Shown here: piece by piece, positions 1 through 13,309 of the stretch | Layout of the letters: each line of letters begins with the position of its first letter | Numbering within the stretch: position 1 is the first letter of the stretch | DNA from: Octopus sinensis | Lineage: Eukaryota | DNA: 64,000 bases | Reading direction: 5' to 3' | Assembly (NCBI RefSeq): GCF_006345805.1 | Contig: NC_043001.1 | Location: 30,628,001 to 30,692,000 of the forward strand | The notes under the pieces: generated by a model | Told to the model about the DNA's origin: nothing | The model's input: only the letters and a program-made list of their open reading frames with translations | Database searches by the model: none | Translations under genes and position numbers: made by a program

Positions 1-1847
1 CTGTGTGCTTTTCTTGTGCCACTAGCACTAGTGAGGTCACCATGCAGCTTGCAAAACTATGAACTTTGAGTGGGGTGGGGGAAAACTTTATGTAGAAGAA
101 TATGTGGATCTTTTCCTTTTGAACGGCACTTTGTAACATAATTTCTAGGTAACTAAAAAGTTTTAAACTTCATATACTGGTAGAATGTGCTTATAAAACA
201 TCATTTCTCTTGGCTTTATTGAGAAAATTCTATAGGTTGTAACATATTTCGTCTAAAATTTCTTGCATTTCGGCAATTTTAACCAATCAATTACCTCCAT
301 TGACGTAAATAACATTCTGTGCATAATGAATATGTCCCTCCTTTAAGAAACAGATTGGGTTTATTTACATTTGTGAAGAAAAAAGATACCCTTCCCCCAC
401 CCCTAACTAACCCTAAATCTAAAATAGATTGAAATGCAACAGATCGATACTAGGGTTATAATTATGGGTGACAATTTCATATGACACCGCTCTCAAAAAT
501 TAAGTAAAAAAAAAACGGGAAAAATAATCTATAATCTTTGTTCAGTACCTGATCGATCCCAATGGTAGTCATGGAATGTGAAGGTAGCTGTAGAAAATTT
601 ACTAACAGTAATAAATAGTTTATCCTTATCTAATACAAGCCAAAGTTAACAAATTCACCATTCAAAGTAGTTTCAAAGGCAGAGGTAATAAGTTCTACTC
701 AGGAATTTTTAAATGAATAGCGTGAGATCTTTTAGTTTTCTCTTCTCTTAAATTCTGGCCTTTCTTTAGTATTCCTGTTTTAGATCGATGTATAGATGTA
801 TGTATATATGTAAGTATACGGTAAAGTGTTGATATGTAAATATAATATATATATTATAAAAATATGTTAGTGTTATTTAATTTCTGGACCGTTTTGCTGC
901 CGTTTATGTAGTTTGATTTCTGTATCCATCAGTTTTTACTAAGATAGACATGAGTAAAGTTAATAATAGAGAAATTAAAATAAAACTTTGGAAACAGCCT
1001 AAAGGGAGATAATTGAGAAAGACTTGAAATTGAATGTAAGACTGTAATCATGTAAAGTAAATATAACAAATAATCCAGAATCCTTGTCCAGTACTGGATT
1101 GATCCTAAAATCTAATCAGTTCGTACCAGTCATGAAGCCAAACAGCCCTGAAAATTTCATCCAAATCCATCTGGCAGTTCTTGAGATATCTTGTCTATGG
1201 ACAAACACAACTGAAAACAATACCTCCACCTTAGCAGAGGTAGTGAGAAGTGTAGGGACATAACAGGTGTGATCCAATAGGTAAAATTAGTGAAAGATGT
1301 AGTAGAAATAACCTACTCTAGTTTGTATGTCATGGACATAAAGTTGAAGTGTTATTTATAACAAGGAAGATTAATGAACTGTGCTGTGTTTTAAAACCCA
1401 TAACCATTCAATAACTATTATTGAAGATTATCCTTACAATTACTGCATTTATTCAAAATCATAGATGGCTTTCATGTTGTTGAGGTAAGTCATCATGCAG
1501 TCTCCTGCATATGATATTTGATTTATACTTCTATTATAATCCCATTCAATTGCAAGGATTATCTTTCACTATCATCATCACCATCAACATCTATTTTCCT
1601 TGCTGTCATGGGTTGGACGGCTTGACAGGAACTGGCAAGACCAGAATCTATACCAATTCCATGGTCTGTTTTGATTTGATTTCTAAGGCTTGATGCCCTT
1701 CCTAACGCTAACACTTTACAGAGTGTACTGGGTGCTTTTTATGTGGTACCTTCACCAATGCTTTTTATATGGCACCAGCATCAGTGCTTTTTACATGGTA
1801 ACCAGCACCCACACCAATGCTTTTTATGTGGCACCTGTTTTAGGATT

Positions 1848-2030
1848 TCAATTCTGTTGCAATGGGCTGATCTTCTTGAGTACAGCAATGCACCACATAT
1901 CTTGGTCCAATGTCATCTCCTTTGTAAGGCTTTTAATCAAAAATTTCCAATTCATTATATTAAATATGTGTGACTCTCCTATAGGGACACTCTTAGTGGT
2001 TTCCACAGCACTTTTCACAGTGGTATACAA
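1848..2030 (-). CDS. Candidate second exon of the mitochondrial-presequence gene
   Basis: cttctctcaaaatcAG acceptor, phase 0, open for 60 codons (LYTTVKSAVETTKSVPIG...). No family recognised; an alternative phase-0 exon exists at 549-587 (LPSHSMTTIGIDQ). Confidence 0.25.
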   Translation of the reverse strand: MYTTVKSAVETTKSVPIGESHIFNIMNWKFLIKSLTKEMTLDQDMWCIAVLKKISPLQQN

Positions 2031-3131
2031 CTGATTTTGAGAGAAGTGATCCTAATATTTTGTGCTTTATTTATAGACCCCAGAAGAGTGAAAGGTAAAG
2101 TTGACCACAGAATGCATTCTATTCAATATTCTAAAGACTGCCGATTTGCCATTTTGTAAAGCACACGGCAATTAAATTGTCTATAATGCCACTCATTCAA
2201 ACAACATAAATTATTGATATTAGAATTATACAAAGCTTAATTATATAAGCGATAACAAAAGAAGTATAGACATACCTACACAAAAGTGCTCCCCACCCCA
2301 CTGTAAAATAAGAATTTTTTAATGAAATTTCCTACAAATGTGATTACAAAATATTGGAATTTAATATTAAAAAAATGACGGGCACACACACATAACATTT
2401 GTAGAATATTTCAATTGGAAATACTCTTTTTTCTGAAAATTATGAGGAAATGTCGATGGAGGAGACGCTTGTATATGTAGGATAAATCGGAATGTTGGCA
2501 CTACTGAACAGTACAGGTCCCATCGATGTGTCCTTTAAATACTGTAATATTAAAACTCATTTGTTGATCACATACCTTTTGCATAAGATACTACCTACGC
2601 TAAGAGAAGCAATCTTGACTAATGGCCAACTCAAGACACGGATAATAAAGAACTTCGACGTGGACGCTGAACCTGCTCAAAACAACAGTCAAATCACCAT
2701 CATGCCATACACTACCAGCATAAAAAAAAAAGAACAAATTGTATGATATGGATCAAGATATATAATGTTTGAAAAAAAAAATGACAGACAGGATGGGTGT
2801 GATTGGCATGTCTTTGACCAAAGTTTTTTAGGGGCAGAGCTGATGTTGCACCAGCTATGGAAGACAGCGATTAAGAAATGTTTTTATCACTGCATCTAAC
2901 AACTTGCTCTAAACGGGTATTTTAAAAAAATGCGTGCTCACGAACGGGGTGGCGTGGGGAGAGGACTAGGAAAATTCACATCGGCAAACCATGGCCTTTA
3001 AACTAGTGTTTGACCCAAGCCAAAAAAAAAAAAAAGAAAATACTCTCCCCCACCTCCCTTTCGTGAGCACGCATTTTTTTTTCATATTCGTTTACAGCAG
3101 GTTGTCTTACACCAATTACACTATTTTTCTT

Positions 3132-3540
3132 GGATCTTTTCGGTTTGAACGGCAGTTTTTAACATAATTTCTAGGTAACTAAAAAATTTTAAACTTCGTA
3201 TACTGGTAGAATGTGTTTAAAACATCTTTTTCTCTTGGCTTTATTGAGAAAATTCTATGGTTTGTAAGATATTTGTTGTTTTTTTTCTTCAATTTCTGCA
3301 ATTTCAACCAATCAATTACGTCTAATGAGGTAAAAAACATTCTGTGCCGTATGAATATGTCCCTCGTTTAAGAAACAGATTGGGTTTATTTACATTTCTG
3401 AAGAAAAAAATATACCCTTCCCCCCACCCCTATCCCTAAAACAGATAGAAATGCAATAGATCGATACTAGGGTCATAATTATGGGTGACAATTTCATATG
3501 ACACCGCTAGAAAAAACTGCCGTTCAAACCGAAAAGAGCC
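3132..3540. mobile_element. hAT-like MITE, TIR GGATCTTTTCGGTTTGAACGGCAG
   Basis: TIRs plus 8-bp TSD TTTTTCTT (3124-3131 and 3541-3548). Other copies: 106-~492 (truncated), 4283-4699, 50701-51105. Confidence 0.9.
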
Positions 3541-4019
3541 TTTTTCTTTTGTTTGGGTAAAATGCTTTAGTGGTTAGGGTTACGCCGAAAACGGGTGGTT
3601 TGCGTATTCTTTACCTCCGCCGGAACATTATTAACCCACAGAATTCACTATTAGTTTATATTAAAAATCTGACATTCAAAACACAGGTGACTTTGATGTT
3701 GTTTACGTAAGCTATTATGTAAAGTACTAAATATGATATCAGGTTAATATTTCTTCTTTGTTTATTATAATTTCATTCACAACCATCACTGATTAATGCG
3801 TACACCTGTATTACCATGTTTAACTTTCAATTTTCTGTTTTGTAAACAAAACTGGTAACGTTAACCCTATATCAAAAGTAAGGTAGCAAATTAATTTTGT
3901 TACTAAATGTAATTTAACAGGATAATTATATAGGGTGTGATATAAAATTATGCTTTTTTTAAATGCTAAAACCTAGTTTAATTAAGACAAAACAGTACGA
4001 GATCAACAATTAAACTTAC

Positions 4020-4079
4020 TTGGGAGCAACGACGTGAAATAGTATTGCGAAACAGGGAACTTGACAACATAGCAGCCAT
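4020..4079 (-). CDS. First coding exon of a probable mitochondrially targeted protein (unidentified)
   Basis: ATG at 4079 gives MAAMLSSSLFRNTISRRCSQ (Arg/Ser-rich, no acidic residues, presequence-like), ending at a GTAAGT donor (phase 0); CpG-richer upstream region with ETS-like CACTTCCTG at 4176-4184. Confidence 0.55.
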
Positions 4080-4282
4080 GCTGATGGTAATATTACCAGA
4101 AAGTGAATCTCCAATCAAAGAGATACGCACATGCTTCAAGCTTTTCATTTGTCAGTATTATCCGGTTTCGTTTTTCACTTCCTGTCGGTTTCGCAACCTT
4201 ATTTCGCAATACATCGTCTGCATCAAATAAATTTCTTTCTGCTTCCATAATTTTTTCTGAGTCCTTTTTAAAAAACTTTATT

Positions 4283-4699
4283 GGATCCTTTCGGTTTGAA
4301 CGGCAGTTTTTAACATAATTTCTAGGTAACTGAAAAATTTTAAACTTCGTATACTGGTAGAATGTGTTTATAAAACATCTTTTTCTCTTGGCTTTATTGA
4401 GAATATTCTATGGTTTGTAAGATATTTGTTGTTTTTTTTTCTTCAATTTCTGCAATTTCAACCAATCTGTGACGTCTATTGAGTTAAAAAGCATTCTGTG
4501 CAGTATGAATATGTCCCTCGTTTAAGAAACAGATTGGGTTTATTTACATTTGGGAAGAAAAATAAAAACCCTTCCCCCACCCCTAACCTTAACCCTAAAA
4601 GAGATTGAAATGCAATAGATCGATTCTAGGGTCGTAATTGTGGGTGACAATTTCATGTGACACCACTAGAAAAAACTGCCGTTCAAACCGAAAAGATCC
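4283..4699. mobile_element. hAT-like MITE (same family)
   Basis: TIRs plus 8-bp TSD ACTTTATT (4275-4282 and 4700-4707). Confidence 0.92.
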
Positions 4700-6213
4700 A
4701 CTTTATTTTCTGTTTTCACAGAAAAAAAAAATTTTTCTGGTAAATTTTATGGTCTAGGATTCCTGTTAGGATAAGTGTTTCGGCTATGTAAAGCATGTGG
4801 GTTACCAACGTAAACGTTGAGTCACATTGTTGGGCTTAAATTATATTTTATTTTCCAAAACACTACAACAGCACCCCAGAGAATATGTTCAGTGATAAAC
4901 AACACAGAAAATTCTGTGTCACAAAATAAGTCATGGAATAGGAGGATCAGGAGAACATACTGTATCAAATAAATAAACCTTTTGTTGCAAGGCGAGTAAA
5001 CTTAAGTAACAACAGTAACATAAGCTGCTATTTTTCTATAAAATTTTACAGTTCAGTTTTCAAATCTCGACAGATCTTTGTTACAGATGCATACTAATAT
5101 AAAAGTTTCTTTGCATGTTGAGATTATTGTGCTACTCTAAAAATTTCTCACATCAAGCACTATAACTTAATAGAATTAGATAAATATATAATACAAAACC
5201 ACACTGATTGAAATCGATCAACATCAATGGAAATTGTAGCTATGATATCAGTGCCGGTGGCTGTTGCCAGTGACACCCCAACGGACCTCCGTGCTGGTGG
5301 CACATAAAAAGGACCATCCGATCATGGCATTTGCCAGCCTCGCCTGGCCCCCATGCTGGTGGCACGTAAAAAGCACCATCCGATCGTGGCCGTTGCCAGC
5401 CTCGCCTGGCCCCCATGCCGGTGGCACGTAAAAAGCACCATCCGATTGTAGCTGTTGCCAGCCTCACCAGGCCCCCGTGCCGGTGGCACATAAAAAGCAC
5501 CATCCAACCATGGCCGTTTGCCAGCCCCGTCTGGCACCTGTGCCGGTGGCATATAAAAAGCACCCACTACACTCACGGAGTGGTTGGCATTAGGAAGGGC
5601 ATTCAGCTGTAGAAACATTGCCAGATTAGACTGGGCCTGGTGCAGCCTTCTGGCTTCCCAGACCCCAGTTGAACCGTCCAACCCATGCTAGCATGGAAAG
5701 TGGACGCTAACTGATGATGACCAAACAAAAGACAAATATAAGTGAAGAAAGAAAAAAAAAGAAGAGGAAGAAGGAAAAGCATCGATTCAACACCAAGTGG
5801 TTGCACACTACAAGGTCCAATGGAGCCTGCTGAAGGAAGCCAAGTCACTCACTGCATTGCCATAGGCAATGGTGAGGCTAAGGTGTTGGAACAGCCAAGC
5901 ACCCTTGTGAATGTCACCCGACACCATGGTAAGGTGAGTTGCCAACGATGACAAAAGCTTCGTTGTTAGCAACCCAGCCCCTCCAAACGTCTCACATGCC
6001 ATAGGGTGGAAGAAATGGTTCACTACCAAGTCCCAATGATTAAGGATTGTGTTCCGTTTGGCAACAGAAGCAGTGACCCTTCCATTTACTGCAGCATACA
6101 GGATGTAGGAAGGAGCAAAGGAGTCACAGACTTTGACATCTCAGATGAGGCACCTACCTCATGCCCAGGGACAAAGAGTAAAACCATCTGGTCTCTTCCT
6201 ATCACCACTCTAA

Positions 6214-6605
6214 TCTCTCTCTATATAAAGCTGAAGTTGTCTGTGTGTGGTAGGTTTGGTAGCCTTCAACTAACACTATCTCCTCCGAGACCCTGCAGCA
6301 CAAGTTGACCAAAATTGAGAGTATGATAGAAGAAGGCTTGCTCTTCATTCCATAGAAGATAAAATTCAAATCGGACCATGTTAACACCAAAAATTATTTA
6401 CATCAAAAAGGTGCTTTTTTTCTATGAAAATCCCTATTTTTTACAATTTATTGACTGCTGTGTGGCCATTTTTCTGTGTATTTCAACCAGAAAAATGTTC
6501 ACTTAAAGAGAATAACAAGCTACATAATGCAAAATTTTTACTTTTCAAAAATTCCAATTTTAAAGGGTCGAAACAAACCTGAGCAACGCTGGGCGATACT
6601 GCTAA
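6214..6605 (+). mobile_element. Non-autonomous Helitron (same family as 8381-8769)
   Basis: aTCtctctctatataaagctgaag start; gagcaacgctgggcgatactgCTAAt end; inverted homolog at 8381-8769. Confidence 0.8.
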
Positions 6606-8380
6606 TAATTTGTAAAAGGGACCACATGAGATTGCAAAGGTTACTTTAAATTCTAATCTGACATTCTGAACAGCAAAGTTCTTGTCATTGTTGGCAGCTC
6701 ACCTCACCAAGGTGTCAGGTGATGCCCATGAGGGTACTTAGCCTTGCCATCACTCGTAATGCTGCGAGTGTGCTGGCTTGCTTCAGTAGGTTCTGTTGAA
6801 ACTTGTGATGTGCAACCAATTGAAGCATATGGTGATGAATTGACGGTTTTTTTTTCTCTCTTTTCTTTCCCCCTTTTTTTTGTCTTTCTTTTGTAAATTA
6901 TATTCCTTTTCATATTTTGAATATTATTTAACTACTACCATAGTTGAATGATTCTTTGAGAAGTCTCAAAAACTGAGAAATTCCTGTCAATGTAAACTAC
7001 TATGATTCTGTTTCTCATCTCAGATATTACAGGACTGTTTACATGATATAATTGCATTAATTAATACAGATGATATAATTAAACTAATTGCAAATTAACG
7101 GTGTTATTGATAATTTCTTCCTTACCCCAATGATGCCAATGACATATATTAAAAGTCCCCTTATAGAACTATATTCATAAAAAAGTATTGAACTATATTA
7201 TCACCCTCAAATTTGAGAAACAAACACTCATAACTTTTTTCTTTTAAAATTTCATTGTATGATATTGATACCATAAAATTCCTCAAATTGAGCTTAATTA
7301 ATATATAGTTTGTTTTGAATCTTAATTAAAATATAGTTTGTTTTTAAAATTAAAAAAAAAAGCTAATTATACTTAAATCCAATCTTTTGTGTTATATTAT
7401 TTTTCATGATATTTTTACCTCACAACTTTTTTGATTCAATTTTTGTTGCATGGGACTGAAATTATGGAATTTTTCATGCTTTCTTCTATTATTGAAGCTA
7501 AGATAAATATATTTTGCTTTTAAAATAAAAAAGTTATTTAGATCTAAACTTGATTGGAGGCATTACTTACTCTCCTGTAATGTTGCTACAAATTTTAATG
7601 TAAACTTTTTTTCTATTGGACCAAATCTCAACTTTTTATGCCAAAATGTAGCTAGGGACTAGTCTTCTTCAAAAAATGTTAAGAGTTTTCAATTTGGTTA
7701 AGAACTGAATTAGTGACAAAGTCTGAAAGATGCTGCAGGTGAGTGAATTACAGCCTTAACAATATCTATTTCTTTACTACCCACAAGGGGCTAAACACAG
7801 AGGGGACAAACAAGGACAGACAAAGGGATTAAGTCGATTATATCGACCCCAGTGTGTAACTGGTACTTAATTTATCGACCCCGAGAGGATGAAAGGCAAA
7901 GTCGACCTCGGCAGAATTTGAACTCAGAACATAATGACAGATGAAATACGGCTACGCATTTCGCCCGGCGTGCTAACGTTTCTGCCAGCTCGCCGCCTTA
8001 ACAATATTATTCAACTCCTACCATAGATGAATGATTCAGTATATCTGATCCATTGTATGGTTCTGGCAGTGTAACTATCTAGCTTAAGTAGGTATGGCAG
8101 TTGATGTCAACTCTTATTTTCCAATTACATGTAAATTATGTGTTTCAGCGAATTAGAACTAATTGTTCATGTGATAAGTTCCGGAAAGTTCTTTCAGTGA
8201 CAGCCTTATAAACAGAGCCTTTTGGCACAAGAAGCCAGAAAAATTTCAGATTTCTTTCATTAGAGTCTTCAACAAATTCTGCTCTCATAGCTGTTTTCAC
8301 ATCTCTATACCAACTCAGAGATGATGAAGAATCAACACCGTACATTTTTGCTGCAATTTGAAGATCAGTTTTATCACTAA

Positions 8381-8769
8381 CTAGCAGTATCGCCAGGCAT
8401 TGCTCGGGTTTGTTTCGATCCTTTAGAATTGGAATTTTTGAAAAGTAAAAATTTTGCATTATGTAGCTTGTTATTCTCTTTAAGTAAACATTTTTCTGGT
8501 TGAAATCCACCGAAAAATGGCGACACAACAGTAAAAAAATCATAAAAAATAGAGATTTTCACAGAAAAAAAGCACCTTTTTGATGTAAATAATTTTTGGT
8601 GTTAACATGGTCCAATTTGAATTTTATCTTCTACGGAATGAAGAACAAGCCTTCTTCTATCATACTCTCAATTTTGATCAACTTGCGCCACAGGGTCTCG
8701 GAGGAGATAGTGTTAGTTGAAGGCTACCAAACCTGTCACACACAGACAACTTCAGCTTTATATAATAGA
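8381..8769 (-). mobile_element. Non-autonomous Helitron
   Basis: TC...CTAG termini, A|T target, 3' hairpin; homologous to 6214-6605. Confidence 0.85.
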
Positions 8770-11700
8770 TTATCTATGAAGACCTTCAACTCCTGTAAAA
8801 TACAATGTTCATATAATTTTGATGAAGCCTTGTAAAAAAAAAATGTAACAATAAATTTGTATATAAACTGCCACCAAGTCTTGTCATAACAATACTGTAT
8901 AAGAATTTTAAGCAGCTTAATTAGGGATTTGTTGACGTATGTTAATTTATTACACTTGGTAACACAGTTCCATGTACGTAACTCAGTCATTTAGACCTGT
9001 AGTTGATGGTTCATCTAATTCTATTGGACAAGAGGATAGGTTCCTGTTTCATAAATTTCTGTGTTAACACATACTCTTCATTGTGTAGGAGTTAAAACCG
9101 GTTTTGCATAGCGGTTATGTAGTGAATTGTTAATTTAGGATATATCACTTAACTTTCATCAGTTTAGTTTCCTGCTTGGCTTTAGCTTTAGTATTCCCAC
9201 ATTACTAATCACAGATCTGTCAATTCTTAAATTTATGCAGTTAAGAATTTCACTAAGCTAATATTCAGGTTGGTTTTTCTATTCCACATGTGAATTTTCT
9301 CTTTTTGTTCTGCTAATTTCAGGTTTTTAGATCACCCTATGAGAGTAATTTCACTATCATGTTCAATGGATATGCTTGTTATAGACAGTTACATAAATGT
9401 GCTTAATAAGTTTTGTTTCAATTGTTCTTTTGCCACAGATATTCATAATATCCTTCAAACAGTTTCAAGCCTAAATGGCTTCAAAGGTAGGAGGAGGGTG
9501 AGAAGGTGTCTATGTCTATTCGCTACAACAAAGGCACCTAAAGCAATTGGTGTGGTGAAGGCAAGGTACATGTTGCCAAACTATTGTTGATATTACTTGA
9601 TATCACACATAATTTTTGTGCTATGATCATGAGCAAGTTATTGAATGGATAAAAAGGCATGGACTTTTTTCTGAGTAAAAGAAAAATCTCTAAATTAGAT
9701 AAAAGAAGTCAATATAATCATCACATACTATTGAAAAAGTATTTACAAAATTTCCTTAAAAATAGATATTATTAAAAGATATGAGGTAATAAGTTTGCGG
9801 AGAGACACCAAATTATTGTTATGCAGTTATATAAACTTTGAATAGTTTTTAGAAGCCCTATTTGGCAATTGTTTCCAATGAATACTGCAGAAAAATAACT
9901 GAACTTGGCAAGAATATCAACAAAATGTATAATAAATTCATGCAGGATAAAATTAGATAAAAAAACCATAAACATAATGATGAACTAATGAAATCCTACA
10001 ATATTTTCTAATTACTCCTTTTTAAAATTGGGTCTAATTTATGAACATAATTGTCGTTAATTAGGCTAAATTGTTACTCATAAGCAAATTATAATGAAGC
10101 TGGAAAAACTGAAAACAAATCTAAGATTTTATGGGGTTTCTTTAGACTGTAAAGCTTTTTGTTGTAACTTTCTTCCTTTAGCTTATGTCTGTATCCAGCT
10201 CTGATCTTGTGGCATTTATCATCATCATCATCATCATTTAGCGTCCGTTTTCCATGCTAGCATGGGTTGGACGGTTCAACTGGGGTCTGTGAAGCCAGAA
10301 GGCTGCATCAGGCCCAGTCTGATCTGGCAGTGTTTCTACGGCTGGATGCCCTTCCTAACGCCAACCACTCCATGAGTGTAGTGGGTGCTTTTTATGTGCC
10401 ACCCGCACAGGTGCCAGACGGAGCTGGCAAACGGCCACGAACGGATGGTGCTTTTACGTGCCACCGGCATGGGGGCCAGGCAAGGCTGGCAACGGACATG
10501 AGTGAATGGTGCTTTTACGTGCCACCGACACGAGGCCAGTCGGGGCGGCGCTGGCAACAGTCACGAACGGATGGTTCTCTTACGTGCCACCGGCACTGGT
10601 AACTCGGCTGCAATTTCCATTGATCGATTTCGAATATTATTAAACAAAGTAAAATTCTTCTCAGATTAAGAGCTGTTGTGTTGGTCTCCATGAAGCACAC
10701 TCAAGAAATGGAACTGGATGAAAGGAAATGTATACATTTTAGGATACTTAAGATGTTCATGTTTTAGTTGCAAATATTTCCTTTTGTATAAATTAACATA
10801 TTAAAGAATAACAATACGTATTACTGTTATCTCTTTCAATCCCTCATTATTTTTTCAAGCATCTCCTCAGAATAGCTTACATAATTTGGTCCATCCCATG
10901 CAGTTAGCTTGTTCAATTTTTTTTTGTAAAAAGCACCCACTACACTCATGGAATGGTTAGCGTTAGGAAGGGCATCCAGCCGTAGAAACATTGCCAGATC
11001 AGACTGGGCCTGGTGCAGCCTCCTGGTTTCCCAGACCCCAGTTGAACCGTCCAACCCATGCTAGCATGGAAAGCGGACGCTAAATGATGATGATGATGAT
11101 GATGAATCACTTACATTTATGTATTTTTTGTGTATGTATGTATGTATGTATGTATGTATGTATGTATGTATGAATGTATGTATGTATGTAGGTATGTGTT
11201 AGTGTGTGTATGTAAGTATATGTATGTATACATACACAAATATACAGTTATGTACATAAACGCATACATACATATAGCTGAGACCCCCTTTGGTCATGAC
11301 TGACTGTGGGATTGCATCTAGAAAGTTACTGTCTCAGGCACAAGTCTGAGTAAGATTGTTTATGGAAGACCAGCAGTCACCCATGCATACCAGCCTCCCC
11401 TCTCCACACCACCATTGTTATCCAAGGGAAAGGCAACAGCCGATACAGCTTGGTACCTGTGACATCACAACTCATTTCTACAGCTGAGTGAACTAGAGCA
11501 TTGTGAAATAAAGTGTCTTGCTCAAGAACACAACATGCAGCCCGGTCCAGGATTTTAACTCACAACCTCATGGTTGTAAGTTCAACGCTCTAACCACTGA
11601 GCCATGCGCCTTCACATACATACATATACTTATTCAAATATACATACATACACAAATATACATAAATGCACACACATACACTCATACATACATGCACAAA

Positions 11701-11938
11701 AATACATAAACATAAGTCATTCAGTTGAAAAAAACGAAAGAACAGTACACCTGAAAAAATATAATTTTTAAAGGAAAATAGGAGTGGCTGTGTGGTAAGT
11801 ATTTTGCTTACTAACCACATGGTTCTGGGTTCAGTCTCACTGTATAGCACCTTGGGTAAGTGTCTTCTACTATAGCCTCAGGCAGACCAAAGACTTGTGG
11901 GTGGATATTTGGTCGATGGAAACTGGATGAAGCCTGTC

Positions 11939-11981
<43 letters not shown>

Positions 11982-12712
11982 TACACACATATATATGTAT
12001 GTATATGTTTGTGTGTCTGTTTGTCCCCCTCCACCATTGCTTGACAAGCGATGCTGGTGTATTTACATCACCATAACTTAGCAGTTCGGCAAAAGAGACT
12101 GATAGAATAACTAGTAGGCTTACAAAGAATAAATCCTGGTGTCAATTTGTTTGATTAAAGGTGGTGCTCCAGCATGGCCACAGTCAAATGACTGAAACGA
12201 ATAAAAGAATAAAAAACAAATAGTTTCAGTTTTGATATACCATCTCTGAAAAAGCACCTACATAAATATTGTCCTCACCATTTTGCATATTACACTCTTA
12301 TAGTCTTATACATACATACATACATAAAAATCTGTAAAACTTTCCAGAAGTTTATCATTTAAGTATATAAGAGTATGCCAACATGCAGCTCCATGCAAGA
12401 AAATACCTACATAAAACAAAACATACAAATCTGCTCACATACATACATACATACCCTGTTGATGCTGTTGAAATTCCAGTTATGTTATTGAAATACCAGT
12501 GCTGTTGAAATTCCTTGGATCTAGGTTAGAAACTGGCTCTTTCTCTGCAGGCCAGAAATTTTGATATAAAACTGAATGATGGCACACATACACACACACA
12601 CACATTTCAGAGAATTCCCCTGGGAATTCTCTTAACTTAAAAGCTCTTGTTTTGTTAGCAAGCTGTTTGTACTCTCTTAGGAATTTAAATATAGCATATA
12701 TATATATATATA

Positions 12713-13097
12713 CTAGCAGTATCGCCCGGCGTTGCTCAGGTTTGTAAGGGAAATAACTATAAAGCATTTTTAGAGAGTTATAGCCAAAAAATAGCAAAAA
12801 AATGGAAAAAAAAAATGATGGTAAATTTTTTTTGAGAGTTAAAAAAGGTCGAGTTGCGTCCCCTAGACAGTCTGTGGTTTGTGTTTCTGATTCTCGACCC
12901 CATGTCGAATTTATCGATTTTTTTCAAAACTGGGGGAACTTTTCAAAATTTTCGCTGCGTTAGTTTTGAATTATGACATTGGGCTATGTGTGTGTCAAGT
13001 TTCATCAGAATCGGTTGAAAGCAGTGGTCAGGGTGAGGGTACAACCAAACAGACACACAGAAACACACACAGACAAACTGCCGTTTATATATAGAGA
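12713..13097 (-). mobile_element. Non-autonomous Helitron (second subfamily)
   Basis: TC...CTAG termini and hairpin; near-identical inverted copy at 47010-47386. Confidence 0.85.
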
Positions 13098-13309
13098 TAT
13101 ATATATATATATATACATCAAATTCAAATTTTAATTTTCATGGAATATTTATAAAATTAAACTGAAAGTAATCTATATCTATAAAAAGCAGGATGTGTGT
13201 GTGTACGTGAATGTAATTTATGCACTTCCACAAATTAGCACACATGTCGCTCCAATTTTAGGAGTGGCTGTGTTTTTGTCAACTTATTTTTTCTGAGGCA
13301 TCCACAGAT

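Noticed and set aside
1430-1484. Possible + strand exon LSLQLLHLFKIIDGFHVVE with a GTAAGT donor, and antisense reading GDCMMTYLNNMKAIYDFE*
   Set aside because: Two mutually antisense readings of similar plausibility; neither links to other exons convincingly.
5250-5530. Regularly spaced repeats (ggtggcacgtaaaaagcaccatccga) resembling a CRISPR array
   Set aside because: Spacers are homologous to each other, the units lie inside a dispersed eukaryotic retroposon, and there are no cas genes.
5240-5681. Recurring ORFs such as MDGSTGVWEARRLHQAQS... and MLFTCHRH... (also near 10267, 20543, 27444, 31421, 34264, 37189)
   Set aside because: They are translations of family D retroposon copies and their ~60-bp internal repeats, open in several frames and on both strands; not a gene family.
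8145-8543. 132-aa ORF, with a faint resemblance to 3'-5' exonuclease motifs in its C-half
   Set aside because: The N-terminal ~54 aa are Helitron sequence; the resemblance (DLQIAA, LSHEQL) is too weak to call.
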